Source of the DNA: an uncultured Acidobacteriota bacterium
Lineage (GTDB): Bacteria > Actinomycetota > Acidimicrobiia > Spongiisociales > ZC4RG35
Length of the DNA: 64,000 bases
Direction: 5' to 3'
NCBI GenBank assembly: GCA_963828465.1
Contig: CAWHEU010000022.1
Coordinates: forward strand, 128,001-192,000
Shown one piece after another: positions 46,561 through 57,365 of this stretch. Position 1 is the first letter of the stretch. Every line of letters starts with the position of its first letter. Under the pieces are notes generated by a model, which made no database searches, was not told the DNA's origin, and worked only from the letters and a program-made list of their open reading frames with translations. The translations under genes and the position numbers were made by a program.

Positions 46561-48603
46561 ATGATGTCACTCGACCCCATGCTCAAGGCCCGATCCGTCG
46601 CTGTCGTGGGCGCGAGCGAGCGGGCCGGGTCGGTGGGCGACCAGACGATCAGGCAGCTGGTCTCGGGAGGCTTCGAAGGGGTAGTGCAAGCAGTCAACCC
46701 TCGCTACGAGTCGGTGCACGGCGTCAGCGCCGTCTCTTCGCTGGAGGACATCGGCTCATCGGTGGACCTGGCGGTGCTGGCCGTTGCGAACGGCCAACTC
46801 GAAACGGAGATGGAGAAGGCCCTGAGCACTGGCGCACGCTCGGTGGCGATCTTCGCCAGTTGTCACGGAGAAGCAGCGGGTGGCGGGTCGCTTCGAGACC
46901 GGCTCCGCGACCTGGCCAATAGATCTGGTGTCCCGATCTGTGGCGGCAATGGGATGGGCTTTCTCAATGTGGAGGAGAGAATCCGGGTCTGCGGTTTCTA
47001 CCAACCGGAAGACCTGCGGCCCGGAGGGGTGACATTTCTCAGCCACTCTGGATCCCTTTTCTCGGCAATGCTGCACAACCAGCGAGGGATCAGGTTCAAT
47101 CTCGTCGTCTCCACCGGCCTCGAAATCAACACGCCGATGGACGCATACATGCGGTGGGCGCTCGACCTGGAGTCGACCAGGGTCCTCGCCTTGTTTCTCG
47201 AGACGATCCGTGATCCGGACGGGTTTCGTCAGGCCCTCGCCCGAGCCGATGAGATGGACGTGCCCGTCATCGCTTTGAAAGTGGGCGCTACCCGCAAAGG
47301 CCAGGAGGCGGTTGCCACGCATTCAGAGGGCCTCGCTGGCGATGACGCCGTCTACGAGGCGCTTTTCGAGGCTCATGGCGTCCACCGCGTGTGGAGCATG
47401 GACGAGATGGCCGACACCGTTGAGTTGTTCGCCTCTGGCCGCAGGGCCACCGCATCGGGTCTCGCCGCCGTCCATGACTCGGGTGGCGAGAGGGCGCTCC
47501 TCATCGACACCGCCGATCGGGCCGGTGTCGCGCTGCCTCCACTGGCAGAGGGGGCGACGGCGCGGCTGTCGCGGGTCCTCGACCCCGGTCTCGAACCCGT
47601 CAACCCGATCGACGCCTGGGGCACGGGCCGGGACGCCGAGGGAGTGTTCGTCGAATGTCTCCAAGCTGTCGCCGACGACCCTGCGGTCGGGGCGGTCGCC
47701 TTTTGCGTCGACCTCACCGCCGAGGAGAAACCCGACTACGCCTATTCCGACGCAGCGTTCACAGTGGCCGGCCTCACCGGCAAGCCGCTGATGGTGCTGA
47801 GCAACCTTACGACGACGATCGATCCGGCTCAGGCCGGAAGACTTCGGGAGGGGGGCATTCCGATCCTCGAGGGCACCGAGACCGGGCTCCGCGCCATACG
47901 TCATTTGCTTGATCGTCACGAACGATCGATACGACCGCCCGTGTTGTCGAGAATCAGCCCTCCATCCAACCCGGTGCCGGCCGTGGCGGGCGAAGCCGCT
48001 GCTCTACGAGTCCTGGACTCATATGGCATCTCGGTGCCGCGCTTCGAGGTCGTTGCCGATAAGGCTGGGCTATTAGAAGCCGCAGAGCGGATCGGTTACC
48101 CGGTCGTCTTGAAGACGGCCGAGCCGATTGATCACAAGACAGAGCAGGGCGGAGTCGTGGTCGGCCTCGAAGACGAACCCAGGCTCGCGGACGCATACCG
48201 GGATCTGGCGTCCAGGCTCGGGCCCCGTGTCTTGGTGGCTGAGCAGATCCCGCACGGGGTGGAGATGGGCCTGGGGATGGTCGATGACGAGCAATTCGGC
48301 CCGGTGGTGATCATTTCGGCTGGGGGCGGTCTCATAGAGACCATGTCGGATCGGGTGGCGGTGTTGCCACCAATCGACAGAGCGGGGGCGGTGCGAGCTC
48401 TTGACCGCTTACGGATCCGCCATGTTCTCGAAGGGGTCCGGGGACGGCCACCCGCTGACCTCGACTCCCTGGCCGACGTGATTGCCCGCTTCTCCGAGAT
48501 GGCCGCAGACGGAGCCGGCCTGATCGGGGCCATCGACGTCAACCCCATCATCGCCGGCCCGGCCGGAGCGGTAGCCGTAGATGCCTTGATCAAGCCACGA
48601 TGA
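46561..48603 (+). CDS. acetate--CoA ligase (ADP-forming) family protein
   Basis: SVAVVGASE, GGNGMG, SHSG, ATHSEGLAG, GYPVVLK, HKTEQGGV and DVNP. Confidence 0.92.
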   Translation: MMSLDPMLKARSVAVVGASERAGSVGDQTIRQLVSGGFEGVVQAVNPRYESVHGVSAVSSLEDIGSSVDLAVLAVANGQLETEMEKALSTGARSVAIFASCHGEAAGGGSLRDRLRDLANRSGVPICGGNGMGFLNVEERIRVCGFYQPEDLRPGGVTFLSHSGSLFSAMLHNQRGIRFNLVVSTGLEINTPMDAYMRWALDLESTRVLALFLETIRDPDGFRQALARADEMDVPVIALKVGATRKGQEAVATHSEGLAGDDAVYEALFEAHGVHRVWSMDEMADTVELFASGRRATASGLAAVHDSGGERALLIDTADRAGVALPPLAEGATARLSRVLDPGLEPVNPIDAWGTGRDAEGVFVECLQAVADDPAVGAVAFCVDLTAEEKPDYAYSDAAFTVAGLTGKPLMVLSNLTTTIDPAQAGRLREGGIPILEGTETGLRAIRHLLDRHERSIRPPVLSRISPPSNPVPAVAGEAAALRVLDSYGISVPRFEVVADKAGLLEAAERIGYPVVLKTAEPIDHKTEQGGVVVGLEDEPRLADAYRDLASRLGPRVLVAEQIPHGVEMGLGMVDDEQFGPVVIISAGGGLIETMSDRVAVLPPIDRAGAVRALDRLRIRHVLEGVRGRPPADLDSLADVIARFSEMAADGAGLIGAIDVNPIIAGPAGAVAVDALIKPR

Positions 48604-49397
48604 GCGGGTCGGTCCTTCTCGTCGAGGACACCGGCCCGATACGCCGACTCACTCTGAACCGGCCGGAGAAGTTGAACGCCCTCGACTCGGCCTTGGTCCA
48701 AGAGCTTTCGGCAGAGCTGGGTATCGCTGGGGACGACATCGGGGTAAGGGTGATCGTGATAGCCGGGGCCGGTCGCTCGTTCTGCGCCGGCTACGACCTC
48801 TCCGAGGAATCGGGGCCGGAGAGCGCCCTGGAGGGTCTCACCAACAGTCTCGATCGATTGCTCGAGATCTTCGACCATCCGCGGCCGATCATCGCCCAGG
48901 TGCATGGCCACTGTCTCGCCGGCGGGTGCGATCTGATGATGATGTGCGACTTGGCCGTGGCGTCGGACGATGCCGTGTTCGGACAGCCCGAGATCCGGTT
49001 TGGCTCGACGGTGGTGGCCCAGGTGATGCCATGGCTGATCGGTGCCCGTCGGGCCAAGGAGCTGATCATGACCGGGCAAGACAAGCTCGACGCCGTGGAA
49101 GCGCATCGCATCGGCCTGGTGAATCGGGTGGTGCCCCGCCAAGACCTGGAAGCAGAAACAATGCGTCTTGCTCGGGAGCTGGCCGTGGTCGACCCGGCAG
49201 TTATGACTCTCACCAAGCGGGCCATCAACCGCTCATGGGAGGCGGCCGGCTTCCGTCAGGCTCTGATCGAAGGCGTCGAGCTGGCCGCCGAAATCGAAGC
49301 CGCCCGAGCCCCCGAACGCGAGGAATTCGATCGCATCGCAGCAGACGAGGGCCTCAAGGAGGCGATCCGCTGGCGGGATCAGCGGTTCGAGGGCTAG
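48600..49397 (+). CDS. enoyl-CoA hydratase/isomerase family protein
   Basis: [26 protein letters not shown] and FGQPE. Confidence 0.93.
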   Translation: MSGSVLLVEDTGPIRRLTLNRPEKLNALDSALVQELSAELGIAGDDIGVRVIVIAGAGRSFCAGYDLSEESGPESALEGLTNSLDRLLEIFDHPRPIIAQVHGHCLAGGCDLMMMCDLAVASDDAVFGQPEIRFGSTVVAQVMPWLIGARRAKELIMTGQDKLDAVEAHRIGLVNRVVPRQDLEAETMRLARELAVVDPAVMTLTKRAINRSWEAAGFRQALIEGVELAAEIEAARAPEREEFDRIAADEGLKEAIRWRDQRFEG

Positions 49398-50182
49398 CTG
49401 TCCTCGGCCCGCTGCGCATAGCGCTGGGCCAGGATGATCGGTATGAAGGTGATGACGATCACGAAAACTGCCACCACGTTGGTGACGGGGCGGTTACGGG
49501 GTCGGACCAACGAGGAGAAGATCCAGATGGGGAGGGTCTGCTGATTCCCTGCAGTGAAGGTGGTGACGATGATCTCATCGAAGGAGAGGGCGAAGGCGAG
49601 CATCCCCCCGACCAGCATGGCGGGGGCGAGTTGGGGGAGCAGTACGTGACGAAACGTCTGCCACCCCCGAGCCCCGAGGTCCATGGATGCCTCCAGGATG
49701 TTGGGTGAGGTCCGTCTCATCCGGGCGATGACGTTGTTGAAAGCCACCGCCACGCAAAAGGTGGCGTGCCCGATCACCAGAGTCCAGAAGGAGAAAGAGA
49801 GGCTGCCCAGATTGATCGCAGACCGCAAGGCGATGCCGGTGATGATTCCGGGCAGGGCGATGGGGAGGATGATGAAGAGGCTGAGCGTGTTCTTCCCGAA
49901 GAAGTTGGTTCTCCATACCGCCGCCGCGGCGAGGGTGCCCACCACCAGGGCGACCACGGTCGAGATTGCGGCCACCCGGAGGGAGAGGCCCAACGCCGCC
50001 CTGATCTCCGAGTTCTGCCAGGCCACTCCGAACCATTCTGTGGTGAGGCCGGGAGGCGGGAACCGAAAGCTGGCGGATTCGGTGGTGAAGGCATAGAGGA
50101 AAACGAAGAGGATGGGGACATGCAGGTAGGCGAGGGTTAATCCCGCCGCCAGCTTCAACCCGAGGCTCGCCTTGGTCCTCAC
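49394..50182 (-). CDS. ydcV: ABC permease (YdcV/PotC-like)
   Basis: [25 protein letters not shown] and [14 protein letters not shown]. Confidence 0.85.
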   Translation of the reverse strand: MRTKASLGLKLAAGLTLAYLHVPILFVFLYAFTTESASFRFPPPGLTTEWFGVAWQNSEIRAALGLSLRVAAISTVVALVVGTLAAAAVWRTNFFGKNTLSLFIILPIALPGIITGIALRSAINLGSLSFSFWTLVIGHATFCVAVAFNNVIARMRRTSPNILEASMDLGARGWQTFRHVLLPQLAPAMLVGGMLAFALSFDEIIVTTFTAGNQQTLPIWIFSSLVRPRNRPVTNVVAVFVIVITFIPIILAQRYAQRAEDS

Positions 50183-51111
50183 AACGCCTCGAATGCGCCG
50201 AAGCGCCTCGCCGCGGTCAGGTAAATGGCCATCACCGCGATCGGGATGAAGGAGAACGCTGCGGCCAGTGGGAGGTTGCCGGCCACGCCCTGGTAGGAGT
50301 AAATAGCCAAGCCGATGAACGGGCTGGAGTCGCCGATGATGGTGGGGATGATGTAGTCACCCAGGGTCAGGGAGAAGGTGAAGATCGACCCGGCGGCGAC
50401 GCCCGGGATAGCCATCGGCCAGGTCACCTTGCGGAATGTCACCGCTGGCTGGGCTCCGAGGTCGGCTGAAGCCTCGAGCAGTGAGCCAGGCACCCTTTCC
50501 AGCGAGGCATGGATCGGGAGGATCATGTAGGGCAGCCAGATGTAGACGAAGACCAGAAACTGGCCGAAGAGTGATATCGAGAGCGAAGGCCCTCCGATCA
50601 CCGGGGTGTCCAGGAACCACCTGAGCGCCACCCCCAAGCCCAACCTTTCCACAAACCAGTTGATGATCCCGTCGGCAGCCAGGATCAACTTCCACGAATA
50701 GACCCTGACCAGATAAGAAGACCAGAGAGGCACCAACACCGCCAGGACGAGCAGGGCTTTCACCTGCTTCCGGGCGTAGCGGGCCATGTAGTAGGCGAGG
50801 GGGAAGGCAATGATGACCGAGGCCACGGTGACCGCCGCCGCCATTCCCACGGTTCGGACCATTACGGCGACGTTGGCCTCGGTGAACAGCTGTCTCCACG
50901 AGTCGAGAGAGAACGCGTCCCCGATCACCCCGCTGAAGGTGTCCAGGGCATAGAAGCTCTGGACGAGTAAGGCACCCAGGCTTCCCCCATAGATCCCGAC
51001 CAGCCAGATCACAGGCAGAGCCAGGAGCAAGAGGACCTTCAGCCAGGGGCGCTGGTGAAGACTTCTCGCGATGCGATGAGTAAGGGTCGGGCCCTTCGTG
51101 TCCGTCGTCAT
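50179..51111 (-). CDS. ydcU: ABC permease (YdcU/PotB-like)
   Basis: [26 protein letters not shown] and FSLTLGDYI. Confidence 0.85.
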   Translation of the reverse strand: MTTDTKGPTLTHRIARSLHQRPWLKVLLLLALPVIWLVGIYGGSLGALLVQSFYALDTFSGVIGDAFSLDSWRQLFTEANVAVMVRTVGMAAAVTVASVIIAFPLAYYMARYARKQVKALLVLAVLVPLWSSYLVRVYSWKLILAADGIINWFVERLGLGVALRWFLDTPVIGGPSLSISLFGQFLVFVYIWLPYMILPIHASLERVPGSLLEASADLGAQPAVTFRKVTWPMAIPGVAAGSIFTFSLTLGDYIIPTIIGDSSPFIGLAIYSYQGVAGNLPLAAAFSFIPIAVMAIYLTAARRFGAFEAL

Positions 51112-51122
51112 GTGCAGTGCTC

Positions 51123-51155
51123 GATGTGGGTGGCTCCCCGGCAGCCACCCACATC
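51123..51155. terminator. 13-bp perfect hairpin downstream of the SBP gene (attenuator or mRNA stabiliser)
   Basis: GATGTGGGTGGCT-CCCCGGC-AGCCACCCACATC in the SBP/permease gap. Confidence 0.65.
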
Positions 51156-51168
51156 ACGAGCGAGTCGC

Positions 51169-52356
51169 TCAGCGTCCGCCGATCACCGCCAGGTAGTCGG
51201 TGACCCACCGGTAGTAGGGGACACAGGTACCTGTGGACTCCGTTCCGTTGCAGTCGTCGGTCGGGGTCTTCCAGAACAGGATCTCGTCGAAGGACTCGCT
51301 CCCGTTGTTGGCACAGCCGTCCGGGCCGAGCAGCTCGTTGCCTTCACATGCATCGGGGACAGCCGGCACCGTCCCGAACCAGGCCGCCAGGTCGCCTTGG
51401 AGCTTGGGGTTCAGCGAGTGCTCCATCCACATGTATGCGCAATTGGGATTGGGAGCGTTCGAGCTCAGCATCGTGGTGTCGGCCCAGCCGGTAGCTCCTT
51501 CGACCGGAACCACCTTGTCGATCGGCTCACCGCTCGCCTGCAAGACGTTGGTCTGGAACGGCCAGGTCGAGGAGGCGGCGACGCCCTCGTTGGTGAAGTC
51601 GTCGATCTGGATGAAGGCGTCGTGCCAATAGCGACCGATCAGGGCCCGCTGTTGGCGCAGCAGGTCGAGAGCCGCCTGGTACTGGTCCTCGTTTAGCTGG
51701 TAAGGGTCTTCGATCCCGAGATCGGGCTGGGTGGCGCTCAGGTAGAGGGCGGCGTCGGCGATGTAAATCGGGCCGTCATAGGCCTGAACCCGTCCTGCAT
51801 TCGACTCACCATCGGGGAGGGTTGTCTCCTCAAAGACCACGCTCCACGAGTCGGGCGGTGTGTCACCGAAGACCTCGGTGTTGTACCCGAGGACGTTGAA
51901 GCCCTCCGCATACGGCGTCCCGTAGTGCTTGCCGTCGATGGTGTGCCACTCGGCGTCCTGAAGACGGGAGTCGATCGTGTCCCAACTCTCGATCAGGTCG
52001 GTGTTGATTTCCTGAACGGCTCCACCTGCGATGAGACGGAGACTGGAGTCGCCGGAGGCGGTTACCAGGTCGTACTCCTCGGAGCCGGTCATCAGCGCAA
52101 CCATCTCGTCCGATGTGCCCGCGACCTTGTTTTCGACCATGCAGCCTGTCTCTTCTTCGAACTGGGTCACCCAGTCGAACGCGGGGTCGGTTTCACCCCG
52201 CTCGATGTAGCCCGCCCAGGAGACGATGACGACATTCCCCTCGCCTTCACCGATCTCGGTGGGGAGTTCGGCACCCTCCTCGCCTCCTGAGCTAGTACAC
52301 GCGGTCGCCAATAAGGCGAACGCCGTGATCAGGAGAATCAGCTTTCTTGATCTCAT
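51169..52356 (-). CDS. ydcS: ABC substrate-binding lipoprotein, YdcS-like
   Basis: [44 protein letters not shown] and GWADTTM, recognised from E. coli YdcS. Confidence 0.88.
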   Translation of the reverse strand: MRSRKLILLITAFALLATACTSSGGEEGAELPTEIGEGEGNVVIVSWAGYIERGETDPAFDWVTQFEEETGCMVENKVAGTSDEMVALMTGSEEYDLVTASGDSSLRLIAGGAVQEINTDLIESWDTIDSRLQDAEWHTIDGKHYGTPYAEGFNVLGYNTEVFGDTPPDSWSVVFEETTLPDGESNAGRVQAYDGPIYIADAALYLSATQPDLGIEDPYQLNEDQYQAALDLLRQQRALIGRYWHDAFIQIDDFTNEGVAASSTWPFQTNVLQASGEPIDKVVPVEGATGWADTTMLSSNAPNPNCAYMWMEHSLNPKLQGDLAAWFGTVPAVPDACEGNELLGPDGCANNGSESFDEILFWKTPTDDCNGTESTGTCVPYYRWVTDYLAVIGGR

Positions 52357-53453
52357 TCGATGGTTTCCTCCTCTGGGATGTTGTTCCCGGCCCCGGTCAA
52401 AGCCGGGGTCCTCTCATTCGGCTCTCCATCTCGAGGGTCCTCCTCGAGTGGTCGGCACGAACTCTTCATCCAGGTGAGCCTCACGGCCCGCCCCACCTGG
52501 CGTTGCGCGTCGCTGTGATCCGAGGCGGTGTTCTGGGCGGCGACCTCGATCACCGCCCCGCCCACGTCGACGCGGTACCGGGTGTACATGCCGAGGTAGA
52601 CCGCCTCGGCGATCGTCCCTTCGACAGCGGCCCGATTCGACGCGACGATCGAGGCCGGCTCCTCGATGCTGATCTTTTCGGGCCGGACGGTGAAGGGGGC
52701 AGGCGTTCCCATGATCTGCTCCGCCAACGGGCCTGACATCACGTTGGAGGTGCCTACGAACCCGGCCACAAAAGCGTTGCGGGGGTTCTCGTAGACCTCC
52801 GACGGTGTCCCCACTTGCTCGACCCGGCCGTGGTTGAACACCGCGAGCCGGTCGCTCATCGTCAGCGCCTCCTCCTGGTCGTGGGTCACGTAGATGAAGG
52901 TGATCCCTACTTCGCGCTGCAGGGTCTTGAGCTCCAGTTGCATCGCCTGCCGGAGCTTGAGGTCGAGGGCGCCCAACGGCTCGTCGAGAAGGAGCACCGA
53001 GGGCCGGTTGATGAGTGCCCGCGCCAGGGCGACCCGCTGTCTCTGTCCACCGGACAACTGGCTTGGCTTGCGGGCCGCGAATCCGTCGAGATGGACCATC
53101 TCCAGGGCCTTGGCAACCCTGTCCTCCTTGTCGGTCTCCTTGCGCACCATCGGCCCATAGGCCACGTTCTCGGCGACCGTCATGTGGGGGAAGAGGGCGT
53201 AGTCCTGAAAGACGGTGTTCACGTCGCGGTCATAAGGCGGGACCCCGGTCACGTCGCTGCCGTGAAGGAGCACTCTCCCGCTTGTCGGGATCTCGAAACC
53301 GGCGATCATCCGTAGACAGGTGGTCTTGCCGCTCCCGGATGGGCCCAGCAGCGAGAAGAACTCACCGTCGGCAATCTCGAGCGAAACCCCGTCGACCGCG
53401 ACGACATCGCCAAAGGACTTCGCCACCTCGTCGAGCGTCACTGCCGAGGCCAT
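52353..53453 (-). CDS. ydcT: ABC ATP-binding protein (YdcT/PotA-like)
   Basis: [31 protein letters not shown] and LSGGQRQR. Confidence 0.87.
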   Translation of the reverse strand: MASAVTLDEVAKSFGDVVAVDGVSLEIADGEFFSLLGPSGSGKTTCLRMIAGFEIPTSGRVLLHGSDVTGVPPYDRDVNTVFQDYALFPHMTVAENVAYGPMVRKETDKEDRVAKALEMVHLDGFAARKPSQLSGGQRQRVALARALINRPSVLLLDEPLGALDLKLRQAMQLELKTLQREVGITFIYVTHDQEEALTMSDRLAVFNHGRVEQVGTPSEVYENPRNAFVAGFVGTSNVMSGPLAEQIMGTPAPFTVRPEKISIEEPASIVASNRAAVEGTIAEAVYLGMYTRYRVDVGGAVIEVAAQNTASDHSDAQRQVGRAVRLTWMKSSCRPLEEDPRDGEPNERTPALTGAGNNIPEEETIE

Positions 53454-53508
53454 CAGACCGGTCTCGACTCAGGGAACCGAGATCCAACCCGCAGCGGAGT
53501 GGGTTTGA

Positions 53509-55050
53509 TCAGACCGATGGATCGGTCACCTCGGCGTCGGTGGCAGTGGTGTCGGCAACCGACGTCGTGCCGTATCCCTCCTCTTCGGGATGACCGTGCT
53601 CGCCCTGTGTCATGGCGAACTCCTCTTCCGGTGAGAGGACCAGCTTGTTCCGGCCGGAGATGGCGAAATAGAGCAGGGCGAGGACGAACCAGATGGCAAC
53701 TCCGTACACCCCTGGGCGATAGGCGTCGTTCAAGAACAGCGCGACCAACGAGATGAGGGCGATCAGGCCAGCGACGGCCGCTCCGAAGATCCCAACGGGG
53801 CTCCGATAAGGGCGCGAGATATTCGGCATGTTCCGCCTGAGCCGGATGAACGACAGCATCTGCATGAAGTAGGAGATCACTGCCCCGAAAACCGCCATGC
53901 TCAGAAGCGCGGCCCCGGCGGTCCCGGTGTACTGACCGTCCAACAAGAACGCCAGCGCGAGGCCGACGACCGCTCCGAGGAGAAGCGCCACATAGGGCGT
54001 CTTCCGCTTGCCGTGGGTGAGCGACATCCAGTGGGGGAAGTAGCCGGCCCTCGACAGCGAGTAGATGTTCCGCCCATATGCATAGATGATCGTGTGGAAG
54101 CTGGCGATCAACCCGGTAAGCGCGAACAGCCCGAGGATCGCGGCACTGGTGTCGCTGCCCAGGACCTGCCGGAACCCATCCAGGAGGGGCTCGCCCGAGG
54201 TCCTGATCCCTTCGGCCCCATCACCGACCCCGGTGTTGAGAAAGAGGACTCCCATTCCGGTGATGACCAGAGTCCACAATCCCCACATCGTCCCTCTCGG
54301 GACGTCTCGCTTGGGGTCCATCGATTCCTCGGCAGCGAGGGGCAACTCTTCGATGGCCAGGTAGAACCAGATGGCGAAGGGCAAGGCGGCGAATATCCCA
54401 GCGACGCCAAATGGGAGGAACGACGTGCCCCCCTCCTCTGCGACGATGTTGGTTAGCAACGAGGCATCGAAGTTGGGGATCGCCAGCACGAAGAAAACGG
54501 CGAGCACCGCCAGCGATATCACGGCGATAACCACCGAGAAGCGCATCGTTGCTTCGATCCCGATGATGTTGAGCCCGACGAAGATCGCATAGAAGATCAC
54601 CCACCACCAAGGCAGGCCGAGCTCGAACCCGAACAGGTCGTTGAACACGCTCTGCGCATAGATCGAGGCGAAATAGACCACCACGACGGGCGTCACCACA
54701 TATTCGATGTTCTCGGCCACTCCGGTAATGAATCCGCCCCAGGGTCCCATTGAAGACCGGGCGAAGGAATAGGCGCCTCCGGTGTGGGGCATCGCCGGCG
54801 ACATCTCCGAGATGGAGTAGCACAGGCCGATGTACATGATGGTGATGACGATCGTGGCGATGAAGAGGCCGCCGAATCCGCCGACATCGAGACCGAAGTT
54901 CCATCCGGAGAAGTCGCCGGAGATGACTGCGGCCACACCAAGCGCCCAGAGCATCCATACCCCGGCGTGACGCTTGAGACCGCGCTGGTCGAAGTACCCC
55001 TGGTCGACATCGCGATAGGTGACCGAGCCGACCTTGCGTTCGGTCGACAT
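53509..55050 (-). CDS. eat: APC family amino acid permease, ethanolamine permease-like
   Basis: LWALGVAAVISGDFSGWNFG, PFAIWFYLAIEE, GLIASFHTIIYAYGR and RPYRSP. Confidence 0.82.
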   Translation of the reverse strand: MSTERKVGSVTYRDVDQGYFDQRGLKRHAGVWMLWALGVAAVISGDFSGWNFGLDVGGFGGLFIATIVITIMYIGLCYSISEMSPAMPHTGGAYSFARSSMGPWGGFITGVAENIEYVVTPVVVVYFASIYAQSVFNDLFGFELGLPWWWVIFYAIFVGLNIIGIEATMRFSVVIAVISLAVLAVFFVLAIPNFDASLLTNIVAEEGGTSFLPFGVAGIFAALPFAIWFYLAIEELPLAAEESMDPKRDVPRGTMWGLWTLVITGMGVLFLNTGVGDGAEGIRTSGEPLLDGFRQVLGSDTSAAILGLFALTGLIASFHTIIYAYGRNIYSLSRAGYFPHWMSLTHGKRKTPYVALLLGAVVGLALAFLLDGQYTGTAGAALLSMAVFGAVISYFMQMLSFIRLRRNMPNISRPYRSPVGIFGAAVAGLIALISLVALFLNDAYRPGVYGVAIWFVLALLYFAISGRNKLVLSPEEEFAMTQGEHGHPEEEGYGTTSVADTTATDAEVTDPSV

Positions 55051-55101
55051 AGACGTACCTCCCTTGGTGAGTGGGCACCGAGAATAGGAATGCAGGCTTT
55101 G

Positions 55102-55120
55102 CCGATGCGGTCCGCATCGG
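55102..55120. promoter_or_regulatory. perfect palindrome in the permease/GS divergent gap
   Basis: CCGATGCGG-T-CCGCATCGG followed by TAGTTTTTT. Confidence 0.5.
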
Positions 55121-55127
55121 TAGTTTT

Positions 55128-55143
55128 TTGATTCGCCATTCAG
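55128..55143. promoter_or_regulatory. operator CTGAAY-N4-RTTCAG, site 7 (degenerate)
   Basis: TTGATT-CGCC-ATTCAG, 2 mismatches to the consensus. Confidence 0.45.
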
Positions 55144-55208
55144 CGACAGCCAGTGATGTCGCCGGCCTACCCTCCTGCCACCGAGAACGAGGGCAAGGAG
55201 CGCGTCGA

Positions 55209-56589
55209 ATGGGCGAATTGCGGGGCTTGATCAGCATCGACGAGTTGGAGGCGCTGGTCGCCTCCGAGGACGTCGACACGGTGGTGACCGCCTTCACCGA
55301 TCACTACGGGAGGGTTCACGGGAAGCGCTTCACGGCGAGCCACTTCCTCGATGAGATATCCGAGCACGGGACCCACGGCTGCGACTACCTGCTCACCGTC
55401 GACATGGAGATGGAACCGGTGCCCGGGCTACACGTACGCCAGTTGGGACCTGGGATACGGGGACTTCCACATGGTTCCCGACCTGAGCACCCTCCGGATC
55501 GCCACCTGGCTCGACCGCACTGCCTTCGTACTGTGCGACCTCGAAGACCCACGGACCGACGAACTGGTCACTGTGGCCCCTCGCACCGTCCTGCGCCGGC
55601 AACTGGAGGCGGCTGCCGAATCGGGGTACACCGCCAAGGGCGCATCGGAGCTCGAGTTCTTCCTCTTCGAAGACTCCTACAGGGAGGCCGCGGAGAAGAA
55701 GTACGACGGGATGCGTCCGGCCGGTTGGTACATCGAGGACTACCACCTCCTGCAAGGGAGCCGCGAGGAGTTCTACAACGCCCAGGTGCGGCGTCATCTC
55801 TCCGCCTCGGGGATCCCGGTCGAGAACTCCAAGGGAGAGTGGGGTAAGGGCCAACACGAGATGAACATCCGGTTCACCGAGCTCCTCGACATGGCCGACC
55901 GGCACACGATCATGAAGCAGGCGATGAAGGAGATCGCCGACAGCACCGGTGTCTCCATCACCTTCATGGCCAAGCCGGATATGTCAGAGGCCGGATCGTC
56001 GTGTCATCTCCACGTAAGTCTCTGGTCGGGCGAGAGCAATGCCTTCCCGGGTGACGAGGTCTTCGGCCCGGTCCATGGCTCCGACGAGTTCAGGTGGTTC
56101 CTCGGTGGCTGGATGGCTCATGTCCCCGAGCTGATGGTGTTCTACGCCCCGACCATCAACTCTTACAAGCGATACCAGGACGGCTCCTGGGCGCCGACCC
56201 GCCTCGGCTGGAGCTATGACAACCGCACGGCCGGGTTCAGGGTCGTCGGTCACGGCGAGAGTCTGCGCATCGAGTGCCGGATCCCTGGGGCGGATGCCAA
56301 TCCCTATCTGGCCTATGCGGCGGTGCTGGCCTCGGGGTTGGACGGGATAGCCAACAAGATCGAGGCGCCGGAGATCTTCCTGGGCGACGTCTACCAGGCC
56401 CAGGAGCTTCCTCGGGTTCCCTACACGCTGCGTGACGCCACCGAGCTGTTCGCATCATCCGAGTTCGTCAAGCAGGCCTTCGGGTCGGAGGTGCAGGAGC
56501 ACTACACCCATTTCTTCCAGACGGAACAGAAGGCCTTCGACAACTCGGTCACCGACTGGGAGCGCTGGCGCTACTTCGAGCGGATATGA
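55209..56589 (+). CDS. glutamine synthetase-like gamma-glutamylamide synthetase (GlnA4/IpuC type), frameshifted at 55422-55428
   Basis: FTDHYGRVHGKR and VDMEMEPVPG in the first frame; GYGDF, ELEFFLF, GQHEMN, FMAKP, NSYKRY, DNRT and IECRIPGADANPY in the +1 frame. Confidence 0.88.
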
Positions 56590-57365
56590 GTGGTCGTCTC
56601 GAAGGGAAGGTCGCCCTGATCACGGGTGCCGGCTCCGGCATCGGCCGGGAGACTTCGCTGCTTTTCGCCGCCGAGGGCGCCTCGGTGCTGGCCGTCGACG
56701 TGAACCGGGGGGCCGCCGAGGAGACGGTCGAACAGGTGAGAGCCTCCGGTGGTGAGGCGACCTCGCAGGAGGCGGATGTGGCCTTGGCCGGGGACAACGA
56801 GGCGATGGTCGCCGCGGCGGAGGGTACGTACGGCCGTCTCGACGTGATGTTCAACAACGCCGGGATCATGCATTCCGACGACGACGACGCCGTGTCCACG
56901 GAGGAAGGCATCTGGGACCTCACATTGGACATCAACGCCAAGGGTGTGTTCCTCGGTTGCAAGTACGGGATCCCCGCCGTTCGCCGCGCCGGTGGAGGCT
57001 CGATCATCAACACCGCTTCATTCGTCGCTCTGCTCGGGGCGGCTACGCCCCAGATTGCATATACCGCCTCCAAGGGGGCGGTGCTGGCGATGACCAGGGA
57101 GTTGGCGGTCGTGCACGCCCGGGAAAACATCCGGGTGAACGCACTATGCCCTGGGCCGCTGCGAACAGAGCTGCTGATGAAATTTCTCGACACCGACGAG
57201 AAGAAAGAGCGCCGGCTGGTCCACATCCCGATGGGCCGCTTCGGCGAGGCGGCCGAGATGGCGAAGGCTGCGCTCTGGCTGGCCAGCGACGAGTCGTCGT
57301 ATGTGACCGGGACCGAGTTCGTGGTTGACGGCGGGATCACCGCCGCCTACGTCACTCCCGAGTGA
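56586..57365 (+). CDS. SDR family oxidoreductase of the GS-like cluster
   Basis: TGAGSGIG, NNAG, ASFVA, YTASK and VNALCPG. Confidence 0.92.
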   Translation: MSGRLEGKVALITGAGSGIGRETSLLFAAEGASVLAVDVNRGAAEETVEQVRASGGEATSQEADVALAGDNEAMVAAAEGTYGRLDVMFNNAGIMHSDDDDAVSTEEGIWDLTLDINAKGVFLGCKYGIPAVRRAGGGSIINTASFVALLGAATPQIAYTASKGAVLAMTRELAVVHARENIRVNALCPGPLRTELLMKFLDTDEKKERRLVHIPMGRFGEAAEMAKAALWLASDESSYVTGTEFVVDGGITAAYVTPE

